Part shown: piece after piece, positions 49,501 to 61,700 of the stretch
How positions within the stretch are numbered: the stretch's first letter is position 1
How the letters are laid out: each line of letters begins with the position of its first letter
Origin: Chiloscyllium plagiosum
Lineage: Eukaryota
Reading direction: 5' to 3'
DNA length: 64,000 nt
NCBI RefSeq assembly: GCF_004010195.1
Contig: NC_057751.1
Span: 1,463,167 to 1,527,166, forward strand
The notes under the pieces: model-generated
The model's database searches: none
Seen by the model: only the letters and a program-made list of their open reading frames with translations
Told to the model about the DNA's origin: nothing
Position numbers and translations under genes: made by a program

Positions 49501-52500
49501 TGGAGTTGATGAAAGGGATTCTCGGAGACAGGATCTACAGGCATTTAGAAAGGCAAGGACTCATTTGGGATAGTCAGTACGGCTTTGTACTGGGGCAATC
49601 GAGTCTCGCAAACTGGATTGAGTTTTTTGAAGGGGTGACTATGACAGTAGATGAGGGCAGTGTGGTAGATATTGTCTACATGCACTTTAGCAAGGCCTTG
49701 ACAAGATACTGCATGTTTAGTTGTTGAGAAAGGTTATATCTCACGGGATCCAGGGAGAGCTAGCCAATCGGATACAAAACGGGCTTGCTGGTACGAGACA
49801 GAGAGTGATGGTAGAGTGTCGTTTTTCAAACTGAAGGCCTGAGATCAGCAGTGTGCCATAGGGATCAGTGCTGGGTCCACTGTTATTCACCAGTGATAGA
49901 AATGGTTGAGATGGGAATGTAGGAGGTCCAGTTAGTAAGTTTATGGATGACACCAAGATTGGTGCCATAGTGGACAGTGAAGGTGGTTATCTGGAAATAG
50001 AGTGAGATCTCTACCAACAGTGCCAGCCAGCTGAGGAAAGGACAGATGGAGTTTCATTGCGATAAATACAAGGTGTTGCATTTTGGAAAGGTAAATCAGG
50101 GCAGGATTTAAGTACATTCAATGGTTGGGCCTTGGGCACTGTTATTCAACAAAGAGACCGAGGGGGACAGGTTCATAGCTCCTTGAAAGTGGAGTCGCAG
50201 GTAGACAGGGTGGTGAAGAAAGCTTTGTTTGCTCACTTTCATCAGTCAGAACTATGACTACAGGAAATGGGAAGCCTTGTTGGAGCTGGACGGAACAGTG
50301 GCGAGACCACACTGCATGTACCCTACTGTAGAAAGGAAATGATTAACCGAGAAAGACTGGGATACGACCAGAACGAGGAGGATTGTGTTAAAAGGAGAAG
50401 TTGCACAGCCTGGGACATTTTCCCTGGAACATAGCAAACTGAGAGGTGACCTTATAGTGGTATATAAAATCAGGAGAGGTGCAGAGGAGGTAGATAGCTG
50501 ACAGTTTCTCCCTGTGGTTGGCGGGAGTCTACAGGAGAGCACGGAGTTTAAAGTGGGAGGGGAGAGAAACAAAAGGGTCCACAGGGGCATTTGTTTCCAA
50601 CACAGAGGCTGGTGGTGGGACAGGCTGTCTGAGGGAGTGAGTTTGCTCATTTCAGAAACATTGAGACAGGTACATGGATAGAGGAGCTCTGGAAGCATAT
50701 GGACCAAACACAGGCAAACAGGACTCGTTTACACTGAGAAAACTGGGTGGATGAAGGGACTGTTTCCATGCTGGACAGCTGGATGACTCCATCTCCATCT
50801 TCATCCTTTTCCCTTTCATGAACTAAGTCTTGTACAAAAAAAACTCTTGTCCCCTTCCCACTCCGTAGTCCATCTCTGCAAAGGGGAAGCTGTTTTTTTT
50901 TTGCCTGGAGCAGGTGTGTGTTTTTGGCTTTAACTGACCTTCCAAACCGAGGCTGTGAACCAGTTTTACCACATCATCAACCAGGTCGCACCCGACTGGA
51001 AAAACTCCGCAGGTCTGGCAGCATCGCCCTGGAGAGAAATCAGGGTTAAAACGTTTCAAGTCTGGTGTTCAGAGAAAGGATTACTCCCTCTGAAACGCTA
51101 ACCCTGATTTCTCTCCAAGGTGATGCAGCCAGACCTGCGGAGTTTTTCCAGTAGGGTGCGTCCTTGTTGATGATTTGCAGCATCCACAGTGTTTGCGGAT
51201 TTTACATGGTCTCAGTTTTGGGTAATTACAGACAGACTGTGGGACCGTGGTTGAGTTCAGGAGAAACAGTGAGACACAGCACCTTGAGCAACCGAAGCCA
51301 GATGGAGCACGTTTGACCAGTATTCCACAATAAAAACACTCAAAGCAGTGAGAAATCTGCCCGTCACACGTGGACTCTCCAACCCTTTCATCTCTCTTCA
51401 CAGCAGCTACTGTTTGATTCATGCTGAAGGATATGCTCAGCCTGGCACAGTCCCTGCCTCTGGACCTGGATTCAAGTCCCAGCAACTCCACATGAGTGGG
51501 TTAGCTCAGGCTGGATGCCAGGGAGGGACTGAATGAATTTCCTCACCATTAACTTTCAGAATGTCCACTCCATTTCCACGAGGCACGGGGTTTATCCAAT
51601 GTCTGTCACAAACACAACAACCAGCCAGACATTGTACAGCAGGAGCAGTCATCACAACATCTCCTCAATCAGGCACTGTCCCTGAGCACCGTCCCTACCA
51701 TCCCCTTCCCCCTGTCCCTGAGCACCGTCCTTACCATCCCCTCCCCTCCCTCCTGTCCCTGAGCACCGGCTCTACCATCCCGTCCCCTCCCTCCTGTCCC
51801 CTGAGCACCATCCTTACCATCCCCTCCCCTCCCTCCTGTCCCTGAGCACCGGCTCTACCATCCCGTCCCCTCCCTCCTGTCCCCTGAGCACCGTCCTTAC
51901 CATCCCCTCCCCTCCCTCCTGTCCCTGAGCACCGGCTCTACCATCCCGTCCCCTCCCTCCTGTCCCCTGAGCACCGTCCTTACCATCCCCTCCCCTCCCT
52001 CCTGTCCCTGAGCACCGGCTCTACCATCCCGTCCCCTCCATCCCCTTCCCTCCCTCCTGTCCTTGAGCACCGTCCCTACCATCCCCTCCCCTCCCTCCTG
52101 TCCCTGAGCACCGTCCTTACCATCCCCTCCTCTCTGACAGCCCCTTCCAGAGGGAATCCGTGCGCACCATCCGCTCCATCAGCTTCTTCCAGAGCATGCC
52201 GTCCGAGATGACCCGGTACCATTCCTTACAGACCAGCTCGGCTGCACACAGGGAGCAGGCATCCAGGAATGACAGGATGTTCTCCGCGATGTGATCCAGG
52301 CCACGGGCTGCACGACAGAGAAACAAAACAAGCTGAAGCCCTGTCAGCTTCCCCAGCCAGTCCCAGAGCCTCTCGCTGGCACACGCTCGCACGTCTCTCT
52401 CTGCATTGGGGGGGGGGGGTGGAAGAGGGCACCATGATGCACACAGAGCCCCTCACATCTCCCATAACACTGACCACGTCAATATTCCATCATCTCTCCC

Positions 52501-55500
52501 AAGCTGAGCAAAGTCCAGCTGGATTCAGTCGGATTGGTGCTCGAGGGAGTGCAAGCAAGGTTCCCCAGGGTGATTCCCGGGATCAGGCCGGACTGACATC
52601 TCAGCACAGAATGCATCAACTGGGACAAACTAGGGGGGGGGTGGGGGATCTCAAAGAAACATTCAAAATCCTGATGGGGCTGGACAGGCTTGATGCGGGT
52701 ACAATATTCCTGATGAGAGGAAACTCCAGAACTCGGGGTCACAGTTTAAGAACACGGGGTAAGCAATTCAGGACTGAGATGAGGAAGAATCTCTTCACTC
52801 TGAGAGTTGTGAACCTGTGGAATTCTCTCCCACAGGAAGTGAGAGGAAACTCCAGAACTCGGGGTCACAGTTTAAGAACACGGGGTAAGCAATTCAGGAC
52901 TGAGATGAGGAAGAATCTCTTCACTCAGAGTTGTGAACCTGTGGAATTCTCTCCCACAGGAAGCTGTTGGGATCAGTTCATTAATCTGCTCTCTTGAATG
53001 TATCTGGAGGGGGTGTTGGAAAAGCACGGCAGGTCAGGCAGCATCCGAGGAGCAGGAAAATTGACATTCCCAGCCAAAGCCCTTCATCAGGGATCGGATG
53101 CTGCCTGACCTGCTGAGCTTTTCCAGCACCACTCTAATCTTGACTCTAATCTCCAGCATCTGCAGTCCCCACTTCCACCATATTCAAGAGGGAGATGGAT
53201 GTGGTCCATGCAGCTAAAGGAATCAGGGGGTATGGGGAGAAAGCGGGGGTGGGATACTCAGATTGCATGATCAGCCATGCAATCACATTGAATGGTGGCG
53301 CAGGTTGGAAGGGCCGAATGGCCTACTCCTGCAGCTGATTTCCATGTTTATGTCACCACCTGAAGGCTCCACCATCTGAAGCAGATGCAGAGCACAGCCT
53401 GACACCATTGAGAACACTACTTGTGCTGCCAGTTCACAGAATGGCCAAACACGACATTGCACTGCCCAGGATTGTGTTTCTTCTTGTCTAATCCCAGACT
53501 AATATCCACATGGACATGTAGACCAGGGCTGGGGGCGTTATTTCCTCCAGTCTCTGGGAGTGTCCCTGGTGGGCAGGCTGGTCATTCTTTCTTGAACCGG
53601 AGTTACTTCATTGCCAGTTCCACCTTAAACCCACAACCATGGCTCTGTCTCTCTCTCTTTCTTTCTTTCTTTCTTTCCCCACTCCCAATTTTCAAAGTCT
53701 TTGTCCTTTTCGTAAAACAGGACAGCACCATTTACAACATACAGTAATCAAGATGTGCAGCACAGAAACAGACCCTTCGGTCCAGCCGGTCCATGCCGAC
53801 CAGATATCCCAACCCAATCTAGTCCCACCTGCCAGCACCCAGCCCATATCCCTCCAAACCCTTCCTATTCATATACCCATCCAAATGCCTCATAAATGTT
53901 GCAATTGTACCAGCCTCCACCACTTCCTCTAGCAGCTCATTCCATACACATATCAACCTCTGCGTGAAAGTTTCCCCTTAGGTTTCTTTTATATCTTTCC
54001 CCTCTCACCCTAAACCTATGCCCTCTAGTTCCGAACTCCCCCACCCCAGGGAAAAGACTTTGTCTATTTATCCTATCCATGCCCTTCATTAAAATCACAC
54101 ACTACCACCTGATGTAGGAGCGTCGCTCCGAAAGCTAGTGCTTCCAATTAAACCTGTTGGACTATAACCTGGTGTTGTGTGATTTTTAACTTTGTACACC
54201 CCAGTCCAACACTGGCATCTCCAAATCATGCCCTTCATGATTTTATAAACCTCTATAAGGTCAACCCTCAGCCTCCGATGCTCCTGGGAAAACAGCCCCA
54301 GCCTGTTCAGCCTCTCCCTATAGCTCAAATCCTCCAACCCTGGCAACATCCTTGTAAATCTTCTCTGAACCCTTTCAAGTTTCCCAACATCCTCCCTATC
54401 AGAGCTTCTCCCATGTTGGTTACAACAGACAACACTTTGTAGACAATTCTGACCCGTCTCAGGCTCCATCAGGGAGGGAGCATTTCAAACAATATCTCAC
54501 CGAGTGGTGACTTGGGGAGCGCATGGAGCCGGGGTGGGGGAGGGGGAGCTTGGAGGAGACAGTGCTGCCCATGGACGGGGTCAGGGAATGGGGAGCAGTC
54601 ACCGTGCAGTGCCTGCAGAGTTCAGGGCTCACTCAATGACATGGAGCACATACTGTGTGTGCTCCCCTCACCGACGCTATACATCAGGTTCAGAGGCAGT
54701 GGAAAGGCAGACAGGTTCATTGGTTTTACAAAGATCAGCTTCAAATTGGGGAAGGGGCAAGGGTCAAAGACAAGGTGGTGGTGGTGGTGATGATGATGTG
54801 GAACCACCCTGAGTGGTCAGACGTCAGATAGAGCACTGGGCCCCATTCCAGGTGGATTCTCTGAGGAAAGGACAGCAGCATGCTAAAGAGAGCCCAGAGG
54901 AGACATGGTGGACTCCTATAACTGTGTGTGAAGGCTAGATAGAGTGACACTGTCGCTGGGAGAGTGGGGAAAGTGAACAGCAACTTGCACTGACACGGGG
55001 TTTCAGACAGGCACCAGGGTCAGGGATTACAGCAGACAGGATCCTGGGAATGTCACACAGAGCAGAGCAGAGCAGAGCAAAATTCCCTTGTGGAACTCAG
55101 TGAGCGAGTCGCTGTGACGGGAATGCTCGACACAGAGGCTAGCAGCTCATTCAACACCAACTTTGAGGGATTGGGAAGCAATATTAATCAGGAAAGGATT
55201 TGCAAAAGTGGGCACAGAGTGAAACCACCTGACAGCTTCTTCCAAGGGCCAGCACAGAGGACTGACAGGCGAGTCAGGGGGTAATGTCAATCCATGCACT
55301 CTGGTGTGGTGTACCTGGGAGCACCGTGATGAAGTCCCTCTGCAGCATGGGTTTCAGGTAAGAATTGATGTGACCGTGCTGATAGTGACACATTCGGGAA
55401 ATCAGGTTCTCCACAAATTCCACCTGATCAGTTTCTGTCCACTGGTCAAAGTATTTCACACACTGTTCCTTCTGTTTCTCATAGCTGCTTGAAGGTGTAT

Positions 55501-55678
55501 GCTGCTTCACTGCGATCATACTCGGGGTCCCATTGCTGAGTTTTGTCTGCAAAGGAAGAAGATTTCATTCACAGAAACACAACTCCTGTTTCAGTGCAGC
55601 TGCTTTTACAGGTATGAACACAGGGAGTGCAGATACTAACCTGGGGAACTTTCTCTCACGCACACACAGGCCGACACA

Positions 55679-55709
<31 letters not shown>

Positions 55710-58700
55710 CCCCTCTCTCACACACAGGCATACGCACACACAGACTGACACATTCACTCATACTCACACACACTCCGACACACTCTCACACACACACCGA
55801 CACACTCACTCTCTCTCTCACTCACACACACACACATACATACACACACCCTCTCGCCCAGGCGCGCACACACACAGTGGGGAAACTCAATGGAGACAAT
55901 GAGTAGGAACAAGGGGAGGAAGGCTTGGGAAGAGAAAGAGAAGCTCAGTCAGAAAGATTTGTTTTCCCCATGGTCTTGCAGGAGGGGAAGGATTGTGGCA
56001 CCGCAACGTGAATGGGGCCATTGGTCTAAGAGAGTGAGGGGTGCACCGGATGGATTGGAGAGGTTGGGGCTGGTAGAGCACAGTGCTCAAACACAAAGGC
56101 TGCTGGACAGGAGGATAGTTTCTTCAAATGGAGATTATCTCCTCTTCCTTCAACGTGATTGGCATGGCAAAGCAGTGAAACTACAGCCTTCACCAGCAAA
56201 CTCAATCACTGCTCATCGGTCAACACTTGACAGAAAGCTCATGTCAACTTCTCGGAGCTTGGGTTGTTCTGATGAGACAGTGTTTGCTCAGAACGTGCAG
56301 TCAGACTGGGTGAAATATTACCTCCGCACAACTGATGCAAACTATGGGCCAAGGTAGCTGGGTCAGAGCAATGACCCGATGACAGTCAGTCACAATGTCA
56401 CAAGGAATTGTCACCTGATGAAATGTGTTCTTTCCCAAAACAAGTTTCTTAGGGGGTTCAGCATCATTAAGGTCATCGCGTCCAGATGCGTTCTGAAGAG
56501 AGACAAGAGAAATAAGACACAAAGAGAGAGAGAAAACACAGCAGGTCAGAGTCTGAGCATCGCAAGGGTACAAACCAACCTGAAGAGGCAGAGCAAGGGG
56601 AACAGGAAGACTGCTACAATCTGTTCAGTGTAAACTCCAAAGCCACTTCACCCTGACCAACCCGACGCACATGAACTGCTCTGAACTATTTAATTCTGAT
56701 TTTCTCACCACAGTCTGTTCACCCCCTGAACTAAAATGGTGATCCTTTCCTGACGAGGGGCGGGTGAATAATGTGACACATAATTAACAACATCATACAG
56801 ACAGCCTGGGGTTCAGGCAATTTATGTTCGCAGCTAACCCTCCCGTAAGGTCAACACTATTCTGAAGCAGGGTTCCTGCACCTGAAATGTCCACCATTGT
56901 TGCCTGTGCACAGATGCTGCGAGGCCTGTTGAGATTCTGCAGTAATAGTGGGTTTTTGTTTCTGGTCTGGTTAACACACCTTGCCCTCAGTGCCATGTGA
57001 CAGTCAGCTCCAGCAAGCATCAGCCCTGGGAGTGGGAGAAAACTGGCTATTTTCATGCCTGTGCTCGCTGTCCAGTCTGTACCATTTCTCTGGGATGTTG
57101 AACTCCTTGATGAAATCACTTCTGGTCTTTGCTGTTCTACCCTCATGTTCACAGCTCCCTCTACACAGACAGTATCTGAGTGAATGGGTGCTGTCCTTTC
57201 TCTGTCCCACAGGAACAGCAGGAGGAGAACACTGCACTCACAAACCTGCTCTGTCATTTCATGGATGACCTGTTCCCAACTCAATACAACAGCACAGTCA
57301 GTTATCGGGAAACAATCAGCAGATCTGTGCAGCTTTTCAAAAGCATTAGCCCTTTGATAAACACCCCTTCCTGCTCTTTGTCCATCCAGTGACCAATACC
57401 CCCTCATTCTGAGCGTGATACTTCTCGTTGGATGAAGTTTCAGTTGCTCTGTTCTCTGTTGCCCCCACTTCAGTGTAGTCCGCCCCACAGCCCCGTGTCC
57501 AGCTCCATCTCTGCAAGCTCCTGTGTGAGAGCAGGTCGTGAGCATGGGGCATTCTGCTCAGCACCATGGCCTGGGGTCTGGCATTGAGAGCCGGACACCT
57601 TCCCCCTGCTGCTGGGTCACCTCCATTATATTCATCTGAATCGACACCCATTCCTGCATCAGAAAGACTCAAGCTGCAATTCAAAAGAATTTCATTGGGA
57701 TAGCACCTGTGACTCGGGAGACCATGTGACCCATTCACAATCCCACGATGCTGTTCGGGAGACTCGACCCAGCGAGGGTGAGCGATTGGGAATTTCGATA
57801 GCGGCTTCAGTCAGCTTGGAGTTGGGGAGGGGGTCTGAAAGCTCCACATGGCCAGCGCAGGACCGCTGCACTGCTGTGACTATACTGTCACATTGGGAAC
57901 GCAGCAACCCCAGCCTCTGCACAGCAAGATCCCATTGACAGAGACCCATCGCTTTCTGGATTGGTGACTAACAGATAAACATGAGCCACATGTTTCTTAC
58001 TCTTCCTCAAATAACAGCGCAGTGATGGTCAAAACTTTGTCTAAAATGTCTAAAACTGAGGTGGTGGGGGGGAAGAGGCAGGCATTGCAGGTGAGAGGGG
58101 GCAAATGTTCAAAGGAGGTGTGAGGGGCAGGGTTTTGGTAGGAGCACTGTCAGGGTGGTGGTGCTGAAAGCAGATCCATCAGGGGCTTTCAGACATGTGA
58201 GGAATGAAGGGATAATGGACCAAGGGCAGGCAGAAGGGAGGAGTTTCATTTGGTGTCATGTCCAGCACAGCAGTGTGGGCCGAAGGGCCTGCGCTCCTGT
58301 GCTGTTCTACATTCTAATAGCATGGGATCTCACATCAGAGGTTCTCAGTAGAATCCCAGCAGAATCACGACATCCCTGCTGTGGAGGAAGAGGCCATTCA
58401 GCCCACTGAGTCTGCACTGACCCTGTGAGAGCAGCTCACTACCTGACCCCATCCCTGTAACCCTGCCCAGAGGCAGCAGTGGAGGGGTGTGTTACTGCAG
58501 AACCCCCACGTGGATTGGGGGGGGGGGTGGGGAGAAACCTCAGCTCCGGCAAAACTCAGACTCCGGACACAACAGGCAATAGAAGGCCAAAAGATCAGAT
58601 TGGCCGGGATAGAAAACTTCAGGGAGTTCCCGGGAATGCCCTCGACTGTGAGAATTGGTTACTTGGTTGCTGACTTGGCCTGAAATTCTGACTGTCCCAA

Positions 58701-61700
58701 ACAAACAGTCAGGATAACAAGAGTCACAACTCTTACTGAAATCAGGAAATAACAACAGAGGGGCTGGAGAGAGAAACACACACCTCGTTCTCAGTCACTT
58801 GGTGACTCCCAAACCTCCCAAACACAGTGTTTTTATAACGGAGGCACCGTGAACGATGGCTACAGATCCCTGAGAGAGTGAGAATGAAAGTGAGAATCCC
58901 TCTTCGTGAATTGAAGGCTGCAATGCTGTGGGTTCACCTGCTCAGGCAAGATGACAGACGAGGACTTTTACCTGGACTCCTCCATCCAACAACTGGTTAG
59001 TGAGTCACTGTCTCTCGGGATAACAAACTCCCAAACTGCAGAGCGTCAGCAGCTAAGGGGATCGTGACAAGATGCTGGGTTTGTGAGAAACCAGTCTCAC
59101 TTCTGGTCCAGTCCTTTCTGCGGATGGGACAGCCTGGAACAAGATGCCTTAAACCAATCCAGTTCCGATGTGGGAATGTGAGGATAGGGAGGAGCAATAC
59201 CTCGGCAGTGGTATTCTCAAGAGGTGGCAGACGGATCTCCGTGGTACATGCTCATCACCTGATGCCCCTCACTCAGGAACAGCCCACACCAGGCACAATG
59301 GAGTCATTCAGGGAGAGAGACAGGTCTAACTGTGGCACTGACAGGGCTATCCCTGCGTGCTTCCTGCAAGATGCACAGATGCGTGGAAGTGATGGACAGG
59401 ATCACCAGGAAAGAGTGCCCTCGCTGTGGCCTGTATGTTTGCCGTCCCTGAGCTCGAGCCCATTCTTAGCTCCATCGCTGAGTCGTTGTGAGAAAACAGG
59501 CCTCTCTCTGAACACCCAGAAATAAAAGGCCCCAAGCAGCTCCCAGAGTAAAACACTTCCTCACAGTGAGGGAAATGAGTGAGGAGATCCTGAGAAACGT
59601 GGAGCGTTCTTCACAACGTGAGAACGTCCTCTGAAAGAGGAACACAGACAAGACATTCAGCCCAAGTGCCACCTCAGCCTGAAGCTGACCCAGACTTAAA
59701 CCTGAGACTGAAGTGAAAAGTGGCCAGGCACCTTCAGAGAGCTGAACACATTCCAGTGAGCACCTGAAAGCACTGTCTCAGTATTCCCACTGTGCCTTCG
59801 CAGGGTTACTACAAACCTGGGGAGGTGGAGGGGCGCAAGATCACCCGGGGCCCGTCCAGCGGCTCCTTAATACAAACCAGCTCACCTCACTAGCGCATGA
59901 CACCACATTCCTAACTCCATTCGGAAAACCGCCATGGCAGGAGATTCCCGAGATGAGAGAGAAAACACCTTAGGAACATCCTTGAAGCTTCCTGAACAGG
60001 TCAACATCTCCACTGCCTCATGTGGGAGTGTCTCGCATCGGACTGACCAAAAAGAAGGAAGCTCACTTGGGAAGGCAGAACACCTTCTGGGACTCGTTTG
60101 GGAATACTCAAGAGTACAGGTGAGGCATGGGAGCAAACTCACCAAACTCCCCCCCGAACGTTATCAAACAAACCACCCTGACCGGTGTCTGACAGAGCCT
60201 GCAGGTTACACACTGGAATTCTTAGTCAGAACTGATTGGTCTGGAATGGTTTCTCCAACCCGGAGAGACAGCCAAACAGAAGGAGAAGCCAGTGATGAGG
60301 GAGCAGACAGTTGCCTTGTCCCCTGGACAGGTTCCATCCCACACAAACTAAACCTTCCTATGGTACAAGCCACTCAGTTTTCTGGATAAAACCAAACCTC
60401 AAATCCACCTCAGTGCTCCCCCCACCCCCCACCAAGTCAGACCAAAGTACAAAGCACACAGCACATCTCAGAGGGTTGTAGCACCTCTTACAGGTGACAT
60501 TAACAAACAGGAATTACATCCACACGGATTTCACACCAACCTTCCATTGAAGCAATCAAAAATCACTTCTCAAGGATCGAACATCCCTCCCCACTGGAAC
60601 TCAGTCATGTTCTTATAAGTTAATGTCATCAGCATCATTGTCATCAGCATCATTGACAGGCTATTTGACCCATCAGGTCTGTCTCTTTGAAAGAGCTATC
60701 CAATTAACTTCCTTCAACTGCTACCTTCCTGCACTTTGGACATTTTAGAACATTGAACAGTACAGCACAGTACAGGCCCTTCAGCCCTTGATATTGTACC
60801 GACCTTTTATCCCACTCGAAGATCAGACTAACCGACATACCCTTAATTTTACTGTCTTTCATGTGCTTGTCCAGCAGTCACTGAAACGTCCCTAATGTCT
60901 CTGACTCTACTACCACAGCTGGCAGTGCATTCCACACACCCGCCACTCTCTGTGTAAAGAACCTACCTCTGACATCTCCCCGAAACCTTCCTCCAATCAT
61001 CTTAAAATTACGAGGAGGAGAAGGTGAGGACTGCAGATACTGGACATTAGAGTCTAAAAGTGTGGTACTGGAAAAGCGCAGCAGGTCAAACAGCATCTGA
61101 GGAGCAGGAGAACTGACGTTTCAGGCATAAGTCCTTCATCAGGAATGATGGGCTAATGCCCGAAATGTCGATTCTCCTACTCCTCAGACACTGCCTGATC
61201 TGCTGTGCTTTTCCAGCACCACACTTAGACAGCTTAAAAGTATCCCCCATCGTGATAGCCATTTCCACCCTGGGAAAAAGTCTCTGGTTATCCACTTATC
61301 TCTGCCTCTCATCACCTTGCAGACCTCGATCAAGTCACCTCTCACCCTTCGTCACTCCAATGAAAAATGCCCTAGCTCCCTTAACCTTTCTTTATAAGGC
61401 ATGTCTTCCAGTCCAGGCAGCATCCTGGTAAATCTCCGCTGGACCCTCTCTGAAGCTTGCACATCCTTCCTACGATGAGGCGACCAGAACTGGACACAAT
61501 TCCAAGTGTGGTCTAACCAGGTTCTAAACAGCTGCAGCATAACCTCATAGCTCTTAAACTCAATCCCCTGCTAATGAAAGCCAACACACTGTACACCTTT
61601 GAAAGAATCCTATCAACTTGGGTGGCAACTTTGAGGGATCTATGGACATGGACCCAAAGATCCCTCTGTCCCTCTACACTGCCAAGAATCCAGCCTTTAA

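Noticed and set aside
56793-57545. 250-aa minus-strand ORF
   Set aside because: Non-ATG start, no recognisable domain, intronic; likely chance.
58971-59060. Candidate for the alternative beta-TrCP exon 2 (CSxPRSLWLGC type)
   Set aside because: A donor-like site is present but there is an in-frame stop and no similarity; no such exon was found in intron 1.
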